Both the position numbers and the translations under genes were made by a program. A stretch of 64,000 nt of DNA from an uncultured bacterium (GTDB lineage: Bacteria; Fermentibacterota; Fermentibacteria; Fermentibacterales; JCC-6). The notes beneath the pieces were generated by a model. It saw nothing but the letters and a program-made list of their open reading frames with translations. It was not told the DNA's origin and ran no database searches. This document shows positions 56,431 through 64,000 of the stretch, in pieces. Location of the stretch: assembly GCA_964607515.1 (NCBI GenBank), contig CAZSKU010000003.1, forward strand, positions 7,154-71,153, read 5' to 3'. How positions within the stretch are numbered: position 1 is the first letter of the stretch; each line of letters starts with the position of its first letter.

Positions 56431-57936
56431 CTAGTAGTTGTTGAACATTATCAGACTGTCGTTCAGCGCCGGATCCTCCGTCCAGTAGAGAGTGTGCCAC
56501 CGGCCGTTGTTGGGGAAGTACGGGGGATGCATGGTCATGAGCCTGGTGTCGAAGTACACCTGGATGTCATGCCCGGTGCTATTGGTGCTGGTGTACCCCT
56601 CCTCCTGGATCATGTACCCCCCCACTATCGTCAGTTCCCCCCCGGGGTTGGGGAAGTAGTACCCGTTCTGGTTGTAGCTTCCGCTCAGGATTTGAGACTT
56701 CAGTTCACCGTCCAGGGCCAGGAGCACTGCGTCCACCTCGATGCTCTGGTTGGTGCTTATGCTGAAGCCCTGGTTCCAGTTGGTGTGATTCATCGGGTGG
56801 GCTATCAGTATGTCGCCGTTCACCGACATGAGCCCCAACATGATGTCGTTGTCGGGGTCCAGCGGGTCGTTGTTCTGGTAGAAGAGGTTCCCCGCCAGGC
56901 CGATGTTGCCCATGGTGCCGATCGAGAGCGGAATGCTGAGACCGTCCTCCTGCAGCATTCCGTAGCTCCTGATGTAAACGTTTTCATTCGGGCCCAGAGC
57001 CAGCCAGACGGCGTTCTTCGTGTACTCGGAGAGGGCGTACTTCACCACCGGCGACAGGGAGTTGAGCCTTACCATGAGGGTATCCCGACGGATGAGAATC
57101 CTCATGTTGTTGGCCACGCTGTCCCCCGACAGGTAGAGACCCCCGGTCTGGGCTGCGGTCCTGACCGACGTCCAGTCCAGTTCGTCGCTGCCGAAGGGGA
57201 TAGGTTCGGCGTTCAGCTCGAACCAGGGAACCCCCATCCTGTGCCTGTTTATGGGCTGCATCTGAAGGTTGCCGATTTCCGGTCCGGTGGCCTGCACCGA
57301 GCTGAAGCCCGAGGTTCCGTACAGGTAGTAGGGCGCCGTATTGGTGAAACTGTAGAAAAACGGGTCGTTGCTGTGGCCGGAGGAACCGCTGTAAACGCAT
57401 ACCGGTCCGTTGGCGTAGAAGGGACCGTCGAACTTGTAGCCGTCGCCGTAGTAGCCCGAGGTGCTGGGATTATCCATAAACACGCTGAAACGGGCTACGT
57501 TCTCGGGCATCACCGCGGTGCGCAACCCGTAGGTCAGCAGCCCTCCGGTGCCGCTGATCCCGGCTATCCGCCCCAGTGATCTCACCTCGTAGGCGTTGGC
57601 CGAAAGGACCCGGTCGTTGAGGTCGTTGGGGTCCACCGCCACCTTGGCCACCCCCAGGGGCGCGGGAAGGTCGTACCAGTCGTTGCCCTCGCCGCCCAGG
57701 AACCACTGGGGCTCCGTGCCCTGGGGAACGTCTGCTCCGCCCATGATCATGTGAATCGCCAGGTTGACTCCGGACTCGGCGGTGAGCCTGACCTGAATCC
57801 TCTCCCTGGCCCAGGTCTGGGACCGCCCGCTGGAGCGCAGGTAGGTGTAGGCGGCCCCGGTAAGGATGATCAGGACCAGCGCCGATATGACCACCAGGGC
57901 CAGCGCCGATCCCCGGGAGCGGTGTGTCGTCCGCAT
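56431..57936 (-). CDS. PilX-N-domain minor-pilin-like protein (501 aa), paralog of the downstream gene
   Basis: 'MRTTHRSRGSALALVVISALVLIILTGAAYTYL...TAESGVNLAIHMI'. The ORF's upstream 123 codons are rejected. GAGG lies 6 nt before the ATG at 57936. Confidence 0.7.
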   Translation of the reverse strand: MRTTHRSRGSALALVVISALVLIILTGAAYTYLRSSGRSQTWARERIQVRLTAESGVNLAIHMIMGGADVPQGTEPQWFLGGEGNDWYDLPAPLGVAKVAVDPNDLNDRVLSANAYEVRSLGRIAGISGTGGLLTYGLRTAVMPENVARFSVFMDNPSTSGYYGDGYKFDGPFYANGPVCVYSGSSGHSNDPFFYSFTNTAPYYLYGTSGFSSVQATGPEIGNLQMQPINRHRMGVPWFELNAEPIPFGSDELDWTSVRTAAQTGGLYLSGDSVANNMRILIRRDTLMVRLNSLSPVVKYALSEYTKNAVWLALGPNENVYIRSYGMLQEDGLSIPLSIGTMGNIGLAGNLFYQNNDPLDPDNDIMLGLMSVNGDILIAHPMNHTNWNQGFSISTNQSIEVDAVLLALDGELKSQILSGSYNQNGYYFPNPGGELTIVGGYMIQEEGYTSTNSTGHDIQVYFDTRLMTMHPPYFPNNGRWHTLYWTEDPALNDSLIMFNNY

Positions 57937-57944
57937 CTCCTGCC

Positions 57945-60900
57945 TCACTTTCCACCGGCGGTACGGCCGAAGAATTGAATGTTGTCCAGGTTCCAGCCGC
58001 CCCGGACTCCGAAGACGCCCGAGTCCAGAACGAACCTGATGTAGTAGCAGAGGTAGGAGGGGTGGTCGTTGAAGTGCTGGGTCAGGTTGATGGTCTCGTA
58101 CTGCCAGTTGTTGTCGTAGAAGCCGTTGTAGGTTCTCACGGTGATCCAGTCGCCCTCCGTCGGAATCTGTTCGGGGTCGGTGCCGAAGGCCAGCTGCACG
58201 TGAGCCAGGTCGTTGGTGGCCAGCCGGAGGCAGCGGAAGAACCTGACGCTCACCGTGTCGTAAACGGCCGCCTCCTCCATGGGGTAACCGCTTGAGGCGA
58301 ACCACGCCCAGGAGTTGTTGTTGTAGTAGCCGTCGGTGGTGAGGTCCGTCCCCGCGACCATGTTAAGGTTAGCGGGAAGCAGGGCCGGATCCACCGCCGG
58401 GAAGAACAGGGGCGCCCCGATCTCCCAGTCGTTTCCGGTGCCACCGGAGGTCCAGGTGACTCCGCTCCCCAGTTCCATGTCCTCGCCGGTGTAGATGGCC
58501 TCGCAGTCGCCGTAGTTGTAGAGGAAGGTCATGGGTACGTTCTGGCTGAACTGGGTGCCGTCGTCGTGGATCAACACGGTCTTGCCGCCGATATTGACCC
58601 GCAGCGCCGGTCTGGTGGTCATGAGGTTCAGAAAGGTGGGCGGCGAGGCCAGGCTCTGGGCCGACCTGCAGGCATTGGTGATCTCCCCGTGGACGAAGTT
58701 CCCGGAAGGACCCAGGGGGGGCTGCACCGTGCGCACCTTCACCACCAGGTTCATTCCCGCGGGAAGGAAGTAGCTTGGACTCACGGGGATGGTCTGCCAC
58801 TCCTCCAGGTTGTTCAGGGTGTACGGGCCGCTGTAGGCGTGGAACAGGCTTTCGGTGTTCAGCATGCCCCCGGAGGGGAAGCTGGTCAGGTCCGTGGCGC
58901 CCAGGTACACGTCCAGCTGCCCGAAGGTGTACTCGGGCACCCAGGTCTTCTTGAAGGCGATCTCCGTAATCTCGTAGCCGTTGATGGTGCATTCCGCAAG
59001 AAAGTCGTCAAGGTACCATCCGGTCTGGGTCACCCCGGCGTCGGAGAAGAACACGAACCGGAACCTGACGCTCTCCCCCTTGTAGGGGTCCAGGTCCACG
59101 TGCTCCATGAACCAGCCCCTGCTCCCGGAGAACACGCTGCGTCCGTTCACGGTGTGGCTGTACGCCAGGCCGCTCTCCGGGCCTAGGTCCGTCCATGGTC
59201 CCCCTGAAACGGACACCTGGACGTAGCCGTAGTCCACCCCGGTCTGCATGCTCAGGGCGTGTCTGAAGGACAGTTCTGGGTCCACCGCCTCCAGGGGCAC
59301 CGAGAACTCCGGCGTGGCGAGCCAGCAGTCGCTGTTGTTGCTGTAGGAGCCTGGATTGTTGGCGAAGAGCGACCACATGAAGTCCAGGGGGTTGGCGGGA
59401 TTCTGCCTGACGCTCCAGTCGTCCACCCCGCCGGGGAAGAAGCCATGGGACCAGCCGGGGATGGTGAGAATCTGTTCTATGATCCCCACCTCGAAGTCGT
59501 CCCAGCTTATCCCGTGGGTGTTCCAGGGGCCCGTTCCTGACTGGCTGAGTACCACTCCGAGAGAATCGTCGAACTCCATTCCGTGGTTCCTCAGGGCTGC
59601 GCTCAGGTCCAGGGCCAGGGTGTTCCAGTCCGGGCCGGCCGACGGAGTCCCTATCCGGGTGTATATGGTGTCGGAGGCTCCGGCTATCACAACCACGTTG
59701 TCCAGGCTTATCCCCCGGTTGCCCGTGAAGTCCGTGGCCCTGCCGTTGTCGTACTGGCCGAAGACGATGTACAGAGGGTTCGGTGGAGTGCCGGAAATGG
59801 AGAAAGTGGTCGAGCGTTCGTGCCACTGGTCGTCGCTGTAGGATTCGGGGGTAAGTTCAGCCGCCGGCGTGACCGGCCCCTCAATGACTCCTGTGGAGTT
59901 CCAGCCGATGAAGTCGCCGGATTCAGCCACCGGATCGTAGGGATGGTCGAGGTCACCGTGGTCGTGGAACCTGTAGTTCACGGTGAATTCTGTGTTGCTT
60001 CCCAGCCCGGTGGTTGGAACCTCTATCATCATCCGCACCCGGCCGTAGGTGTTGTCGGTCCTGCTGTCCAGGGTTGCGAATCCGCCGTCCCCCTGCCAGC
60101 CGTCGGGGCTGTGGATACGGCTTCTTCCGTAAAGGTCCCCCCAGAAGGTCACGTCGCCGGGCGCCAGGAACACCGAGTTGAAGTCCTCGGTGAGCAGGAC
60201 CTGGGGCGAGCCGGAGAGGTCGATGAAGAAAACGCCGTCGTTGAGGCCCACGGTCTCCAGGGAACCGGTCAGGGTGGCCACCTTCAGATAGATGTCGTCC
60301 ACCCAGGCGCTGTAGCCGGTCATGTCCATGAAGGTGCCGGCCACGTTCCTGGTCTCCGCTCCGAAGTCGAGCCTCTGCATCCTCAGGGTTTCATCCACTA
60401 CCGATACGCTGCCCATGGGGCCCAGAGGCATCATGGTCCAGGCGAGCGCCTTGGCGGCGAAATCGTCGGAGTGGATGGGAATCGAGTCGGGCATGATCTG
60501 GGGGTTGTTCAGATCGTCCTCCCACAGGACAACGTTGGTGGACTGCCCGCTCTCTCCCTCGAAGTTCTCCTCCGCTGTTATGGGATCCCCCGGAGTGCCG
60601 CCGCCGCCGCTCCCTCCCAGGGCCCAGTAGAGTACGTTGTAGAAGAAGTCGAGCCCGTCGCTGGAGTAGGTGTTGGCGGAAGGCAGCCCGTAGAGCACCC
60701 GACGGACCGGCAGGAACTCGTCCCTCACGCACACCAGCGCCGGCACGTCTCCGGGAATACTGTCTATTGAGGTGATGTTGGTGGTTTCCAGGGACAGGTC
60801 CAGCAGGTAGTTCATCACCCCTGGAGCCGGGAACATCTCGAAGGTGTCGGCGTCGGGCTGGGCCGATGGAATCTCATAGGGGAACTTGTGTATCTGATGG

Positions 60901-61889
60901 TCGTGCACGACCTTGAAACAGGTCTCGTAAAGGGATGAGGTCATTGGGGTAAGCCCCATGGAGAAGACCAGGGACGCGTCGTCCGGATCCAGGCAGATGA
61001 CCGGGCAGGGGATCGCCTGAAGGGCGCCGCTCATTCCGGAGTGATAGAGAGAGCCGCCGCTGGTGATATCCCTGAGGATCACCAGGTCAATCTCGTTGCT
61101 GACGTAATCGTAGGTGGGCAGGGCATCGTCCGCCAGGGGAATGACCTTCAGCCCCCAGTACTCCATAAGAAGGATCATGGTGTACTCGCCCGGGGTCGGG
61201 GTGAGGGAGTCGGGCTGTCCCGCCACGTTCATCACCACGTTGCCCTCCAGGGGAGGCGGCGGAATGAACGACGGGTCTATGTCCCTGTATACCCCCAGGT
61301 TTCTGGGGCTGATGGTGGTTCGAACCGAGGTCTGGTAAACGTTGCCCATGTAGGTGTCCTGAAGCACCAGCCTCACCCGGATGTGCCTCACCGCGTCACG
61401 GTCCTGCAGGCTCAGGGGCTGGGTGAAGACGTTGCCCGTCTCGCTCAGGTACTCGAACTGAAGGCTGATGATGTTGTGCCCCAGACGGCGCTGCATGGAG
61501 CCGTTGTCGGTTATGTACACGAAGCCGTCCGTTCCCAGCAGCACGTTCCGGTGTTCGTCGTCATCCACCTGTCCCCAGGGAGCCTCGTAATCTGCGTAGA
61601 ACGAGAAGCTTCCCGGTTCGGTGGTCTCAACCGGGTGCCAGAGGTCTCCGTCTATCCCTCCGTGGGGCAGATAACCGGCCCATATAACCTCGTCGGCAAT
61701 CTGCTCCAGGGCGAGCCTTCCGGCGGTGGCCAGCTCGTTCTGCCTCCGGCTGAAGTGGAACTGCTGCATTCCCTTGGTGAAGAAGAGGAAAACCGCGGCG
61801 AAAATCACCCCGAGGACGCCGATCACTATCGCCAGCTCCACCAGGGACATTCCCCGAAGCCGGCGGTTGCCTGATTCACTGAGCCTCAT
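57945..61889 (-). CDS. Giant (1314 aa) type IV prepilin-signal protein: PilW-like minor pilin fused to repeated MAM/choice-of-anchor-J-like beta-sandwich modules
   Basis: 'MRLSESGNRRLRGMSLVELAIVIGVLGVIFAAVFLFF' prepilin motif (G|MSLVE). Downstream modules end in 'GISLDNVVV', 'TGWYLDDFLAEC' and 'GGWNLDNIQFFG'. Confidence 0.75.
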   Translation of the reverse strand: MRLSESGNRRLRGMSLVELAIVIGVLGVIFAAVFLFFTKGMQQFHFSRRQNELATAGRLALEQIADEVIWAGYLPHGGIDGDLWHPVETTEPGSFSFYADYEAPWGQVDDDEHRNVLLGTDGFVYITDNGSMQRRLGHNIISLQFEYLSETGNVFTQPLSLQDRDAVRHIRVRLVLQDTYMGNVYQTSVRTTISPRNLGVYRDIDPSFIPPPPLEGNVVMNVAGQPDSLTPTPGEYTMILLMEYWGLKVIPLADDALPTYDYVSNEIDLVILRDITSGGSLYHSGMSGALQAIPCPVICLDPDDASLVFSMGLTPMTSSLYETCFKVVHDHQIHKFPYEIPSAQPDADTFEMFPAPGVMNYLLDLSLETTNITSIDSIPGDVPALVCVRDEFLPVRRVLYGLPSANTYSSDGLDFFYNVLYWALGGSGGGGTPGDPITAEENFEGESGQSTNVVLWEDDLNNPQIMPDSIPIHSDDFAAKALAWTMMPLGPMGSVSVVDETLRMQRLDFGAETRNVAGTFMDMTGYSAWVDDIYLKVATLTGSLETVGLNDGVFFIDLSGSPQVLLTEDFNSVFLAPGDVTFWGDLYGRSRIHSPDGWQGDGGFATLDSRTDNTYGRVRMMIEVPTTGLGSNTEFTVNYRFHDHGDLDHPYDPVAESGDFIGWNSTGVIEGPVTPAAELTPESYSDDQWHERSTTFSISGTPPNPLYIVFGQYDNGRATDFTGNRGISLDNVVVIAGASDTIYTRIGTPSAGPDWNTLALDLSAALRNHGMEFDDSLGVVLSQSGTGPWNTHGISWDDFEVGIIEQILTIPGWSHGFFPGGVDDWSVRQNPANPLDFMWSLFANNPGSYSNNSDCWLATPEFSVPLEAVDPELSFRHALSMQTGVDYGYVQVSVSGGPWTDLGPESGLAYSHTVNGRSVFSGSRGWFMEHVDLDPYKGESVRFRFVFFSDAGVTQTGWYLDDFLAECTINGYEITEIAFKKTWVPEYTFGQLDVYLGATDLTSFPSGGMLNTESLFHAYSGPYTLNNLEEWQTIPVSPSYFLPAGMNLVVKVRTVQPPLGPSGNFVHGEITNACRSAQSLASPPTFLNLMTTRPALRVNIGGKTVLIHDDGTQFSQNVPMTFLYNYGDCEAIYTGEDMELGSGVTWTSGGTGNDWEIGAPLFFPAVDPALLPANLNMVAGTDLTTDGYYNNNSWAWFASSGYPMEEAAVYDTVSVRFFRCLRLATNDLAHVQLAFGTDPEQIPTEGDWITVRTYNGFYDNNWQYETINLTQHFNDHPSYLCYYIRFVLDSGVFGVRGGWNLDNIQFFGRTAGGK

Positions 61890-61903
61890 CGTCTTCACCC
61901 CCC

Positions 61904-62272
61904 TTAGAACAGGATGCTGAGGCTGGTGGAATCGGCCCCTTCGGGGCCGTTCCAGGTGACCCGGCATCTGACGAGTTTCGCCGCCGGGTACTCCGAATAG
62001 GGTGTGGAGATGACCACGACCCTCTCGAAACCCTCCGGAAGCACCTCCAGCGGGCCGGCGCCGTCGGGCATGGAAGCCACGTCCAGGGTGCGCATCTCCT
62101 CGAGCTTCTCCCGGCAGTACTGAAGCCCCTTGGTCATGAGATCCATCTCGTTCGAGCTTCTGACGATGTGGAAGAAGAACACCGCGATTCCCGCCACGAT
62201 GATGGCCAGCAGAATGGACGCGATGACCACTTCCATAAGGGTGAAACCGCCGCTGCCGCGGATTCTGTTCAT
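61904..62272 (-). CDS. PilV/GspI-like minor (pseudo)pilin
   Basis: 'GSGGFTLMEVVIASILLAIIVAGI' prepilin motif, ~120 aa. Confidence 0.7.
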   Translation of the reverse strand: MNRIRGSGGFTLMEVVIASILLAIIVAGIAVFFFHIVRSSNEMDLMTKGLQYCREKLEEMRTLDVASMPDGAGPLEVLPEGFERVVVISTPYSEYPAAKLVRCRVTWNGPEGADSTSLSILF

Positions 62273-62640
62273 GGACAGGCCTCCTGACTTCTAACGCTGA
62301 ACTCCCTTGACAACTCCACAGAAATAGAATCTCCCCTGAAAACCCTGACCGAAAGGAGCCGGGTGTGGTCGCCGGTCCAGATCAGGGATGTTCTGACTCC
62401 GTATCCACGGCCCATGATGGTATCCTCCCTCTGGGCCGTGAAGGGTTCCGGAAGGGGCTGCATGGCCTGGATCTCCTGCGCCTCCAGGGTCGCCAGGGTG
62501 AGAGCGTCGGAGCGCATCTCCAGATTCCTGCTTCCCCGGAAGAAATAGCGCAGCGCCATGGCCAGCACGCCCAGCACGAGCACCATCACCAGGCCCGCCA
62601 CCACCACCTCCACCAGGGTGAATCCCCTCCTCTTCATCAT
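62269..62640 (-). CDS. FimU/GspH-like minor (pseudo)pilin
   Basis: 'MMKRRGFTLVEVVVAGLVMVLVLGVLA' prepilin motif, ~125 aa. Confidence 0.7.
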   Translation of the reverse strand: MMKRRGFTLVEVVVAGLVMVLVLGVLAMALRYFFRGSRNLEMRSDALTLATLEAQEIQAMQPLPEPFTAQREDTIMGRGYGVRTSLIWTGDHTRLLSVRVFRGDSISVELSREFSVRSQEACP

Positions 62641-64000
62641 CTGCCGGGCCTTTCCCGCTGGGCGAACACCCTCCATTCGCCGGGTCCGTCGAAGATCAGC
62701 AGAGTGTACACCCCCGATCTGACGATCCTCTCGCCGGTGCTCCTGGAGTTGACGGTCTGGGCGAGACCGTCGCCGGACAGCGGGTTGAACACCGCCAGGA
62801 ACTCCCCGGGGGAAGCGGAGAAAAGGTCCACGTCAGCTCCGTCACCGTCGCCCCAGGTGTACGGGCCGTTCTCCAGCAGGACGGTGGAGTATCCTCCGCC
62901 GGCTGCAAGCAGCGCCCGGCCTTCCGATACTCCCGCCACTCCTGACACGCTTCCGTAGAAGGCCCCCTCCCATGGCAGGGAAAGGGCGCCGGCGGGTGTG
63001 AACTCGCCGAATCCGTCGTGGTTGAGCCTCGTCCACAGAGTAACGCCTCCCGGCAGTATCCATCGGCCGCCCAGACCCAGGCTGCCCTCCACGGAACCCC
63101 AGGCGCAGAGAAACGCGTCCGGAGAGGGAGACCCCCGGTACAGACCCGAGGAGGTGAGACAGACCAGCGACCGGGGACCGGCCCAGGCGATGTCTTCCCG
63201 GCCGTCCCTGTTAAAGTCGCCGAAGAAGGCATCGTTGACGGGGGGGGCAAGGGTGAAGGAGCTGGGAGCCCCCGGTTCCCCGAAGACCCTGCCCGAAGGG
63301 GTGACCAGGGGACAGGTGCCCGGAGGGGATATGAGCCTTCCGGTTGCTCCTTCGGAAAGATCCACCAGAGTTCCGAGGTTGTGACCGTCGCTCACCGCCA
63401 GCAGGGGCTCCCCGGGGTCGCCCCCGAAGGTTATCACCGAACCGGGACCGACCCGGCCGAGCCCGGTCTCCACCGTCCGGACGACACCCTCCCGGTTTAC
63501 CACCAGCACGCTGCACGATTCCCCCGTACCAAAGACGAGCACCGCCCCGTCGGCTCCCTGCCACTGGGCACGGCACGCGCCGGTCAATTCCCTTTCTATT
63601 CCCAGCCGGAAGCTCCCTATGCGCTCCCCTGAGGCTCCGGAGAAAACCGTCACGGTATGCCCGTCATCGGGGGTGACGGCGAAAATGGATTCCCCGGAGG
63701 GAACCAGGACCGGCGCCGATTCGCCTCCCACGGGAAATCCCGCGGTGCGGGGAGGCGCTGGCTCCGAACCGCCCACCGTAAGGGTGGTGGTTACGCCCCC
63801 CAGCTGGAAGCACCTGACGGCGCCCCGTTCCAGGGGACCGCCCATGGAAACCTCCAGCATCAGAGCGTCCAGGGCTCCCTCCTCGGTGAGCCCCATCTGG
63901 ACTTCCTCCTCCCGGCGGAGCTGGTCCGAGACCATCCGGTCCAGCATGAAGAACAGGATCCCCACCGCCATCATGACGATCATGGCCGCGGCCACCGCTA
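62637..64000 (-). CDS. Membrane protein with FG-GAP/VCBS-like repeat, first gene of the pilin-like operon; start at 63995 (ORF-track first ATG), 5' extension beyond the window edge not excluded
   Basis: Hydrophobic N-terminal segment 'MAAAMIVMMAVGILFFML'. 'FFGDFNRDGREDIAW' is an FG-GAP-like motif. Beta-propeller-like Gly-rich body. The ORF-track first ATG is at 63995; an upstream start beyond the window edge cannot be excluded. Confidence 0.45.
   Translation of the reverse strand, partial: AVAAAMIVMMAVGILFFMLDRMVSDQLRREEEVQMGLTEEGALDALMLEVSMGGPLERGAVRCFQLGGVTTTLTVGGSEPAPPRTAGFPVGGESAPVLVPSGESIFAVTPDDGHTVTVFSGASGERIGSFRLGIERELTGACRAQWQGADGAVLVFGTGESCSVLVVNREGVVRTVETGLGRVGPGSVITFGGDPGEPLLAVSDGHNLGTLVDLSEGATGRLISPPGTCPLVTPSGRVFGEPGAPSSFTLAPPVNDAFFGDFNRDGREDIAWAGPRSLVCLTSSGLYRGSPSPDAFLCAWGSVEGSLGLGGRWILPGGVTLWTRLNHDGFGEFTPAGALSLPWEGAFYGSVSGVAGVSEGRALLAAGGGYSTVLLENGPYTWGDGDGADVDLFSASPGEFLAVFNPLSGDGLAQTVNSRSTGERIVRSGVYTLLIFDGPGEWRVFAQRERPGR

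Noticed and set aside
1-64000. CRISPR arrays, tRNA/rRNA genes, IS elements, integrases
   Set aside because: No regularly spaced direct repeats with unique spacers were seen. No intergenic region is long enough or of tRNA-like composition. The longest are ~100-160 bp and look like promoters. No transposase or integrase motifs (DDE, tyrosine recombinase R..H..R..Y) were recognised.

Overview
The window is a visibly GC-rich (roughly two-thirds G+C by eye) bacterial chromosomal segment with very tight gene packing. Many adjacent genes overlap at ATGA/GTGA start-stop junctions. The base composition throws up many long spurious ORFs antisense to real genes. No rRNA, tRNA, CRISPR array, transposase or integrase is recognisable.

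- **1-5.2 kb:** a partial sigma-54 (NtrC-type) activator is followed by a palindromic upstream element and a -24/-12 promoter. These drive an 8-gene Fe-S/cofactor-handling operon: three NifX/NifB-C-terminal-like proteins, DUF5320, a ferredoxin-thioredoxin-reductase-like protein, two MinD-type ATPases with inserted 4Fe-4S ferredoxin domains, and a PaaI thioesterase.
- **5.2-6.8 kb:** an arsR-acr3 arsenite resistance pair with a clear sigma-70 promoter and AT-rich operator.
- **6.8-11.7 kb:** a PAS/GAF sensor, a hotdog thioesterase, pepF and a PAS-PAS-HD-GYP phosphodiesterase.
- **11.7-45.5 kb:** mostly minus-strand housekeeping genes. These include DUF116-fmt-def-yajC, ftsX/ftsE, four consecutive periplasmic parvulin/SurA-like chaperones, mfd, upp, tyrS, an AMMECR1+Memo pair, dapA/dapB, SPFH/NfeD, pilT, nadD, TPR lipoproteins, rimO, a LolA-like protein, ftsK, an unusual HU-CBM48-like fusion, aroK/aroE and two radical SAM enzymes.
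- **46.5-49.5 kb:** two membrane-anchored HD-GYP proteins, the second with a degenerate active site.
- **49.5-64 kb (minus strand):** the most unusual locus. It is a minor-pilin-like operon that mirrors fimU-pilV-pilW-pilX-pilY1 organisation. In place of a PilY1-type adhesin it encodes two giant prepilin-signal proteins (1314 aa and 966 aa) carrying MAM/choice-of-anchor-J-like beta-sandwich modules. It also holds two PilX-like paralogs and an 848-aa lipoprotein built from eight ~100-aa tandem repeats.
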